Part shown: piece after piece, positions 19,237 to 29,500 of the stretch | Layout of the letters: every line of letters starts with the position of its first letter | Position numbering within the stretch: the stretch's first letter is position 1 | Origin: a virus | Taxonomy: Duplodnaviria > Caudoviricetes | Direction: 5' to 3' (one strand) | DNA length: 36,355 nt | Virus record (IMG/VR): IMGVR_UViG_3300017951_000046 | Coordinates: 1-36,355 of that record | The notes under the pieces: generated by a model | Told to the model about the DNA's origin: nothing | What the model saw: only the letters and a program-made list of their open reading frames with translations | Database searches by the model: none | Made by a program: the position numbers and the translations under genes

Positions 19237-20517
19237 ATGGCTAAACCTTCATTAGGAAATTTAAACACTACGCAGACATTTCAAAATTGGTTTGATAAGA
19301 CTAATGAGATTGTAAGTCTACTTAAGAGTGATGTAGTCACAGCGTCAACCGCTGGTGCTGGTGATACAACCGACGGAAGTGCAGCCATTACTGGAACATT
19401 TACTGCAGCAACAGTGATTGGAAGTACATTAGTAAAAGCTGATGATATTGCTCCAAATACTGAAACGGTTGTAAATTTCCAAAGTCCAATCACAGTCACA
19501 AGTAATGCCAAGGCGGCGGCAACATTTAATTTTGGTTCTGGCGGACAAGTTAATTTTACTGATGGTTCATTAACATGGGCTGCTGGTATTGAGTCAAGTA
19601 ATCCAGGTAATTTTGTAATTGATACTGGAACTTCTCCAACAAAATTTGAGTTATCTCCAGCTGGTACATTAACAGTTCCAGATGCTGTTGTCACCGGAAA
19701 CTTGACGGTAGGTACAATTACGATTGGCGGTGGAGGTAGTGGTTTAACTACTGATGATGTTTCAGAAGGTTCGACTAATCTTTACTTTACACAAGCAAGG
19801 GCAAGAGGTTCCTTCTCAGGTGGAGATGGTATTAATATCAGTTCAACTGGTGTAATTTCTTTTGATGGCGAAGGCGAATTAAGTACATATACTGGTAATC
19901 AATTCATTGCTACACCTTCAGTAGGTACCGGAATTAAGGCATATATGTCTGGTTTCCAACAAAGTGGTGTGCCGATTGGTTATTTACAAGTAGATTATGG
20001 TGGAAGTACATATACTCCACTATCATGGAACAATGCAGGTATTACTGTTTCTGGAACAATTACAACATCTGGTGGTTCAGGTATAGCTTCAGATGGTGAT
20101 GTTGATATTGATGGCGATCTTACAATTAAAGATGGCTCTACTCCAAAAATTGGATTGTATCAATCATCAGGCGATATTATTGCTGTTGGAGATATTACAA
20201 CAAATGGTTCCGTATCAGATGAAAGATTAAAAGAAAATGTTGTAAGAATTAACAACGCGATAGATAAAGTTTCACAAATAAATGGCTATACATTTAATTA
20301 TAAAGACAGACCAGATGAGACTCTTCCAGGTGTTCTTGCTCAGGAAATTGAGAAAGTATTACCTGAGGTAGTTTATGAATTTGAACAAGAACATGAAGAA
20401 AATTCCGAGCATTACAAGGCTGTTCGTTATGCACATATCGTTCCATTACTTATTGAAGCGATAAAAGATTTGAAAGGAAAGGTAGATGATTTACAGGACC
20501 AGATAAATAAGAGTTAA
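19237..20517 (+). CDS. Tail fibre/spike protein with a C-terminal peptidase S74 intramolecular chaperone
   Basis: SDERLKENV..I.NA..KV..ING..F...GVLAQEIEKVLPEVV...V.Y...VPLLIEAIK.L followed by a coiled coil. Fibre motif TDDVSEGSTNLYFT..RAR. Predicted autocleavage at the Ser codon at 20215. Confidence 0.9.
   Translation: MAKPSLGNLNTTQTFQNWFDKTNEIVSLLKSDVVTASTAGAGDTTDGSAAITGTFTAATVIGSTLVKADDIAPNTETVVNFQSPITVTSNAKAAATFNFGSGGQVNFTDGSLTWAAGIESSNPGNFVIDTGTSPTKFELSPAGTLTVPDAVVTGNLTVGTITIGGGGSGLTTDDVSEGSTNLYFTQARARGSFSGGDGINISSTGVISFDGEGELSTYTGNQFIATPSVGTGIKAYMSGFQQSGVPIGYLQVDYGGSTYTPLSWNNAGITVSGTITTSGGSGIASDGDVDIDGDLTIKDGSTPKIGLYQSSGDIIAVGDITTNGSVSDERLKENVVRINNAIDKVSQINGYTFNYKDRPDETLPGVLAQEIEKVLPEVVYEFEQEHEENSEHYKAVRYAHIVPLLIEAIKDLKGKVDDLQDQINKS
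20503..20509 (+). promoter_or_regulatory. T4-like late promoter ATAAATA
   Basis: 47 nt upstream of ATG 20556, followed by an AAGGA Shine-Dalgarno sequence. Confidence 0.68.
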
Positions 20518-20555
20518 GGTGTAATTGGTCGCATAAGGAATAAAGGATAAGCTAA

Positions 20556-23500
20556 ATGGCAAAAATTTCAGAACTAGGTTCAATTACAGGTGCTAATACC
20601 AGGTCGGAAGACCTATTCGTTATTGTCAACCTTGTTCAAGGTGATGACGGTACCAAGAACATTACTAGAAAAGAACTCGTACAAGCTATTCAGTATGAGG
20701 TCTTTAACCGTATTACTATTACCGGAGGTACAATCTCTGGCGTGGTCATGCGCGATTCACGTCTTGATAATGTAGTCATAGATAACTCAGATATTGAAGA
20801 TACCTCATTCATTCGTGGTAATATTGACAATACAACAATCACAAATTCTACTGCAAACAATATTACAATTACATCTTCATCGTTCTCTCAAGGCACATTA
20901 GATGATGTTGATGGTACTGATGTTCGTTTAGTTGACTCAACAATTGATGACAGTGCGATTGCAAATTCATCGTTTATTGAAGGTACAATATCCAATACAG
21001 CAATTTCAACATCTACATTTACTGATGGTGATGTTCTTGATTCAAGAGTAGCAAATACAGCAATCACAACTTCTACATTTGCAGACGGTGATGTTTCAAA
21101 TACAACAATCACAACTTCTACAATTACAGATTCCATTGCAAATAATGTTGTCATAACACAATCAGAATTTAACGATGGCACTGCAAATAATTCTACAATT
21201 ACACAATCAGTATTTGATAATGGTCAGTTAACAAATTCTACTGGTGAAAATTTAGATATTGCCAATTCTGATATTGATGATTCCAGAATTACAAATTCTA
21301 CTGCAAATAATGTAGCAATAACCTCTTCTACTTTCACAAGTGGAGATATTTTTGACAGTAATGCAAATAATGTAATCATTACAAATTCCGAATTCAATGA
21401 CGGAACTGGTAATAATGTAGTACTTACAAATTCAACCATTGATGATTCTACATTTACAGATGGTACAATATCCAATACCTCATTTACAGGTACAATGGAT
21501 AATGTTGTAGCTACTGATATGACAATCAGAAGTTCATCTGCTGATGGATTATCTTCTAACAATTCAAGTTTCGAGAATGGTACTGTTTCAGGTTCTGTTT
21601 TTGATGGTGGTACAATAACAAATTCTAATCTTGTTGACTTTGACATGGAGCTCAATAATGAGTTCGAACCACCTATTGATGATGAAAGTTATTTTGCAAT
21701 CCGAAATGAGAAAACAGGTGAAACAGAACAAATTAGTTTTGGTGCTTTATATGACGAAGTTTCTAAGAAAACTGCACAAGCACTTAAGGTTCACGTAGAT
21801 GCGGGATCTGGTGATGATTCAAATCCTGGTACACAATTACAACCTGTTCAAACATTGGAAAGAGCTTTTGAACTTTGTTTAGAAAAGGCTGGTGGTGACC
21901 TTAACAGAAACGCAGTGAATAATTCTGTACACATTTCTGCGGGTCCAGGAACATATTACACAAAAGGTAATCTTGCACTTCCAGATGATTGTTCAATGAC
22001 TTCAACAGCTGGACAATATGCTACTGTAATTGAAGCATTACCTGGATATGAAAATAATAACGCTATTCTTGTTGGTTCGGGTTGTTATGTTCAAGGTTTC
22101 TCATATCAGAATTGGAAAATTGATAACTTTGATTTCCCAGAAGGTGGATTTGCTATCGCATACAGACCAGGTGCAAAACTCCTGCGTTCTCCATACCTAA
22201 GAGATAGTACTCAGTTATCAAACTTCTTAAGACAAGATGTTGAACCACCTTTAAATCCTTTTAACTCAAAAGGTACACTTGCTGACCTAGGTCAACAATT
22301 CTATCTTGAGCCAGGACACAGTGGAACATTTGCCGAAGATGATGAAATTAAATTCAGTTCTGGTGCTGTAGGTTATGTCAGTTATGTAGATGAACTTGCT
22401 ACCGCTGATGAAATTTATGTCAGAAACCTTAAAAATGGACAAGGCTTTGCTGTCGGTGACACTATTACTTCAGAATCTGGTGGTACTGGTGTAATCCAAT
22501 CAATTGGTATTGACGACTTCCCTAACAGAGAGGTTGGCCGTGGTGGTGGTTGTGTACTTGCTGATAGGCGTGTACTTGACCCTGATTCACTTTATACCTA
22601 TGTACTTTGTTTTGGTTTCACACCTAGAACACAAAATGGTATAGGTTATGTAGCCAGAGATGGTGCTGGTGTTAATGGTATTGGTTCTCTATCCATCTTC
22701 GTTCGTATTGCATTCTATGCATTGAATGGTGGTCAGATGACACTGAACAACTCAGGTACTCAGTTCGGTGATATCTCAATGAGAGCAAAAGGTTCGACCA
22801 ATGTATTCCAACCAAGAAATACAACGGCAACAATTATTGGTAATACTGCTTTCGCTGATACTATCGATGCTCAGGCTGATACAATTATTGATGATATGGT
22901 TGACTACCTCTCTGCAAACACAGCTCAAGGTGGCTTAGACTATACATTCTACGATGCGGATAAATGTGAAAGAGACAGTGGTATCATTTTAGATGGTGTC
23001 GGTTATGACATTGCTCTAGATACAAACTACTGGTCACGACTTGCTGGTATTACATATCGTTCACCAATCAGTTCAAAAGTTATCGGTGAACAGCTTGATG
23101 CAACTCTTGGTGCAAACCAATATTTACAATCTCGTGTTGAGAATATATTCTCTGGTGCAAGTTCAGATATTAATGAACGTGCAAATACTTCGTTCCAGGA
23201 ACTTTACAATGTTGTAGAGTATGGCGAAGAGAATATGAATCCAATTATTTGGAGAGATACTTCGGTTCCTTATGTTGCTGCTAGAGAATTAATCCAAGAT
23301 AATAGAGCATTTATTACAGATGAATTAATTGACTGGATTGAAAATAATGATGAGTTCTATGCTTACGATAGTGTTGCTTGTCGTAGAGATATCCAGGATT
23401 ATATTTTACCGGCTGTTCAAAATGACATGTTATATGATACAAACTATAACTCTGTCACAGCTGGTCGTGCTTATTACATGGCGACTGCTAAAAAGGTTAT

Positions 23501-26500
23501 TCAACAACAGAATAATGAGACTGTCGCGGCATATAAGAGATTAAAAGACCAAACAAACGAATTAATAGATGGCGATTCATATCTTGCTTCACAAAGGCTT
23601 GATGACGGATATGATGAAATTATCAAAATTTTAGAAAATTCAGATACTCAATTTACACCAACAAACGCTACATATGATGCTGAAACAGGTAAATCAGTTA
23701 TTACACTTGGTTCTGGACACGGTATCACAAAAGGTAGTAAAATTCTTCTTAAAACTGGTGGCTTAATATTCACTTGTGATAGAGATAACAATACTTCTAG
23801 AACAGGATATCCTAGAGCTTCTGACCCAGCTGCAGGAACTCCTATTGAAGTTATTGGTGCAAATGCTACAAGTATTACAGTTTATGTTGGTGCTTCTGCT
23901 ATCGTAGATGACCATACATTTGTTGAAGCATTACCTAATTCAGTTTCAAAACTTGGTTCAGAAATTACATGGAGTGATTCTACAAGTATTGATGCAGATA
24001 AGAGAAATGCTAGAAAACAATTACAGGCAAATAAAGAGTTCATTCAAGAACATATGCTTGGTTATATTGACTACAACTACTTCAGATATGATTCTGACAA
24101 GTGTCGCAGAGATGTCACACAGTACATTTTACCGGCAGTAGAAAGAGACATTTTAACTGGTACAAACTATAATGCAATCCAAACAGGTCTTGCATATAGA
24201 AGTGGAACAACTCTTGCTGATAATGTAATTAATGAACAATTAGTAGAGACAACTGGAGCGATTGAGGAACTTAGAGATTTAGTTGCGAATACAGAAATTG
24301 GAAGTACATTTACTCCAACTGATGCTTCATACGACCCAACAACTGGTCAATTTACAGCTGTCATCGGCGAACATAGTTTAGAACCTGGTGATTATGTAAG
24401 TTTCCTAGAAGGTGCTGTCACATTTAGTTGTGATACAGGTTCTGGTCCTACAAATGATTCTGTACCAGTTGCAGGACATCCTTTCTATAACCACCCATGT
24501 CAAATTGAATCTGTCACAAGAAATTCAATTACAATGAATGTGGGAACTGGTGGTTCTAATGAACACACATTTGTAAGTGCTCTTACTGATGGTATTAGAG
24601 AGGTTATTGGTTTATCTGATAATGCTTCTGAATTCAGATCTAACGAGTCATTTAATGAAATCTTAAATATCATGAATGACCGAAATAAAACATATTCAAC
24701 ATCAAATGCTACTTATGACCCAGCATCTGGATTGACAGTATTAACAATTGGTAATCACGATTTCCAAGTTGGAGACCAGATTTTAATTGCGCCTGATAGT
24801 TTAACATTTACTTGTGCTCTTGATGGCAATGCTACACAGCACACATACCCAACAACAACAATTTCAACATTTACACCTACTGGGGCTACTTATGACCCTG
24901 CAACAGGTGTATTTACAGCTACAATCGGCGCACATAAATTACAAATTGGTGACTTGGTAGAAATTGCACCTGAAAGTATTACATTTACTTGCGACCTTGA
25001 TGGTAATGTCACACAACATGCTTACCCAGAACCACACCACCCATTCTATAAAAAGAAAATTGCATTGACTGGTGTCACATCAACAACTATAACAATGAAT
25101 GTTGGTGCAGCAATTAATGGTGGCGGAACTCATACATTTGTAAGTGCTCTTGCAAATAGTATCGAAGGGGAAAGAAGACATCCTGCCTATAAGGCTCCTG
25201 TCACAATTTCTGCTACAGCAGCAAGTACAATTACAGTAAATGTTGGTCCTTCTAGTGATACATCTACTCACACATTTGTAAGTGCTACTGCTGATAATAT
25301 TAAACCTGCAGAATATACATCTACATATACACCTACTGATGCTACTTATGACCCCGCAACTGGAGTATTTGTTGCAACAATTGGCGAAGGCCATAACCTT
25401 GTGGCTGGTGATTATGTAATGCTGAAACCTGAAAGTGTAGTATTTACTTGTGTTCTTGATGGTAATGCAACTGAACATGCTGTTCCAGAAAGACATCACC
25501 CATTCTATAGAACACCAGTTAAATTAGATTCGGTCACCAATAATACAATTACAATGAATGTTGGTGCTGGACCTGGTGGTGCTCACACATTTATAAGAGC
25601 TGAGACTGGTGCTATTGATTCTGATGCTATTGTATTTACTGACCCAGCATCATATGTAAGTCATTATACACCGACAACTGCTACTTATGACCCTGCGTCA
25701 GGTATTTCAGTAGTCACAATTCCAGGACATGATTTAACAACTAATGATTATATTGAGTTTGCTCCATATTCATTCACATATACTTGTGCTCAAGATGGAA
25801 ATGCAACTGAACACTCATATCCAAGAAAAGGTGATTCAAATTATAGAACACCTATGTTAATTACAAATGTAGCTGGTGATGATATTACAGTTCAACTTGC
25901 TACAAGTTCCGGTGGAGCTCATACATTTGTATCGGTTGAAAAACATGCTGTGTCTAAAGTGACATATAATTCACAAGGACAATACGCAAGAGAACAATTA
26001 CAAGACAATAGAGAATTCTTACAAGAAGAAGTTGCTTCATATTTACAAAGTCAATATTTTGTATATGATGGCGATAAGTGTTCAAGAGATACAGGATATA
26101 TTCTTGATGCTGTAAGACGTGATGTTGCTACTGGTTCTAATTATCCTTCTGTCTTTATGGGACTAGGATATCAGATTGGTACAAAAGGTTCAAACGAAGT
26201 TGTCACCGACCAATTAACACAAACAGTTGGTGCTATTAATTACCTTAAGGGTGAGATTGGTTCCGAACTTACTGGTACCGCTCTATCCAGAGCCAATGCT
26301 GGTTTCGATGAAATTATCGACATTATGAATAATGGTTCAGGTAATGCAAATGCTTTACAATTCGGAACAACAGCTGCGCCTAGTGCCAACCATACAGTTG
26401 CTAGAACTGCATTACAATTAAATAGAGACTTTATTATTGCTGAAGTCACTGCATATATTGCTCAAGAATTCCCAACATTAACTTATGATATTGCAAAATG

Positions 26501-29500
26501 TGAGAGAGATACAGGTTATCTTGTTGATGCAATTTCTTGGGATATCCAATATGGTTCAAATGCTGGTTCAATTAACTTTGCAAGATTATATTACGAAAAT
26601 GCAATTAGTGTTTTACCAGAGGACCAAAAATTACCAACAGCAAAAACTTGGGAACATATAGCTGAAGTTGCATATCAGATTGTAAGAGACCAAGCAGTCA
26701 CAAAAACATCTGGAAATGCTGAAACACAAGATGTATCACAAACTGATGCTGGTATTGTGGTTGGTAATGCAGTAAGAGATGGAATTAATATTACAACACA
26801 AATTATTAGAGATGATAATTTAGATAATTTACCTGCTTATGTAGAACCTACAAATCCAGAATTTGGACAAGAGGTTGACATCATTGATGGTTATACAGAA
26901 AATCTACAATCAAGTGTCATTGATTTCCTTGCTGATGAATATAATGGATTGGCTTATGACGAGAATGTATGTAAACGTGATGTCGGTCTATTGGTTGATG
27001 CTGTTTCAAGAGATATTGAATATGGTGGAAACGAAAATACACTTGAAGTATTGGATTACTACTTTAGACGATTTGACTCTGAATCAGCTGATTACGAACA
27101 ACTCAGATCTGTAAATGTTTTACCGATTGAAGTAAAAGGACAATTCAGAACATTATCTGATTATGATGATAATGCTAATGTTGCAGGTCTTCGCGAAAAA
27201 ATTAATGTTCTACCTTACGAACAAAGAGAAGCTACAAGATTGGCATTTGGCCACTTAGCAGATGTTGCTGAAAAGGTTGTTAAAGAAGTTGCTCATACGA
27301 CAACATACAACACATTTACTCCAACAAACGCTACATACGACCCTGCTACTGGTGTGTTCACGGTCACAGTTGGTTCTCATGATTTAGTTCCAGGTGACCA
27401 GGTTTGGTTAAAAGACAATGCCTTTACATTTAGTTGTGATATGGGTAGTGGTGCTGCTAACCATACTTCACCTCAAGCACATCACCCATATTATCAGAAA
27501 CCTGTCACAATTACAGCTGTGACTCCAACTGTGCTTACAATGAATGTGGGAACTGGTGGTTCAGGTCAACAACCTCATACATTTGTATCTGCACTTGCTA
27601 ATTCGGTAAGTGAAGGACCATATCAAAGTACTGATGGTACTCCTGCTGATGCTACAACAGGAACAGCTGTTCATGATTTATTCAATGTAATTGCTGAATT
27701 GGTTGATGATACAAATATTGAAACTGCTCAATTGCCAACTCTAACCAAGGCTTCATTCGATCCGAATAGAACTCTTGCTAGAAAACAATTACAGCGTAAT
27801 AGAGATTTCATTATTGAGGAAGTACAGGCATACATTAAGGACAGATATTACACATTCGATGGCGATAAGTGTAAGAGAGATATTGGTTTGATTCTTGATG
27901 CTGTCAAGGCTGATGTATTAACAGGTTCTAATTTCAACGCAGTATTTAATGGACTTGCATATAGAATTGGAACAACTGGTGCCGATGCTGTAATTAATGA
28001 ACAATTAACAGAAACTGTATCTGCAATTAAATACGCAAAAGGTCTTGCAGTTGCTGCAGTGACTGATACAGATGCAAAAACAAGAACGGAAGCTGCATTT
28101 GATGAAATTATTGACATTATGACTAATGGTTCTGGTAATGCTGATACAATTACATACACAGGAACAGCTTCAATTAATAATAGAATTAATGCAAGAGCTC
28201 AATTACAAAATAACAAGGCATTCTTACAGGCTGAAATTACAGCTTGGCTTGCAGCAAATAGACCTTCATTAACTTATGATGTTGCAAAATGTGAAAGGGA
28301 TTTAGGATATCTTATTGATGCAATTTCTTTTGACGCGCAACACCAAGGTAATTTTGCTACAATTAACGACGCAAAACTTTACTTTGAAAATGCTGTAAGT
28401 GTCTTACCAGAAGACCAAAGAGAACCAACGGCTGCCGCCTTTGCTCACATTGGTGATTGTGCTGAATTGGTCGTGCAAGATACAGATATTGCTGGATTAA
28501 AATCTGCTGGTAATGGTGTATCGCAAGACTTTAGTTCTGCAAGTGCTGGTGCTGCTATGGGTGCAGAGGTTGAAGGATTATTTGATATTGTTGCTAATGC
28601 AATTTCTAATAATACATTATTACTTGCTCCTCCAGTTTCATTCCCAACATTAAGTACATACGATGATGAATATGTAGCTGCATTTGGTGAAATTGAGAGT
28701 GTTAAGGAAACTGTTCAAAATGGAGTGTTGGCTCACCTTGCTAAATACTTCGAGGTATTACCTTATAACGAAGCAAAATGTAGACGTGATACAGGATATA
28801 TTGTAGATGCAGTATCACACGACATTCAGTATGGTGGTAATTCTGCAACAGTACAAACAGCTGGTATGTATTTTGAAAATGCTGTAAATACTGGATTACA
28901 AATTGAACAAAGAATGGGTTCAAGAGATGCATTCCTCCACATGGCAAAAATTGTAGAGCATGTTGTCGGTGGTAAAGCAATTACAACAACTGAATTCCCA
29001 AGATCTAAAACATATTACACAGGTGATATTTTAACACAATACGATTATTGGAATGGTTTACATTCTTATCAGACAACAGAAGAACAGGATTTCCATGTAC
29101 ATGGAGCAAATCCAAAAACATCAATCGCTGCAAAAGCTCTTGTAGAAATTGTTGCAAATGCTGTTGATGATAATAAAGAGGTTGATGCTACAATTCCTGA
29201 TATGATTGGTGTTGACCAATCCTGGATGGCTGATAATTATGTCGCATCGAAGGAAGCATTAGAGAAACAAAAAGTCACATTATCTGAAAATGTAATTAGT
29301 TATCTTTCAAATGTTCAGAATGGACTCAGCTTCAAGAACGCAAAATGTAGACGTGATATTGGATATCTGGTTGATGCAATCAGTCACGATATACAACACG
29401 ATACAAACTTTGCTATTAGACAATCTGCTGGAATTTATTTCGAGAATGGAATTTCTGTATTACCAGTTGATACAAGAAACCAAACAGCAGACATTTACAA

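Noticed and set aside
20888-21655. Minus-strand ORFs of 97 and 143 aa
   Set aside because: Antisense shadows of the low-complexity solenoid region of the giant gene, with no independent protein-like features.
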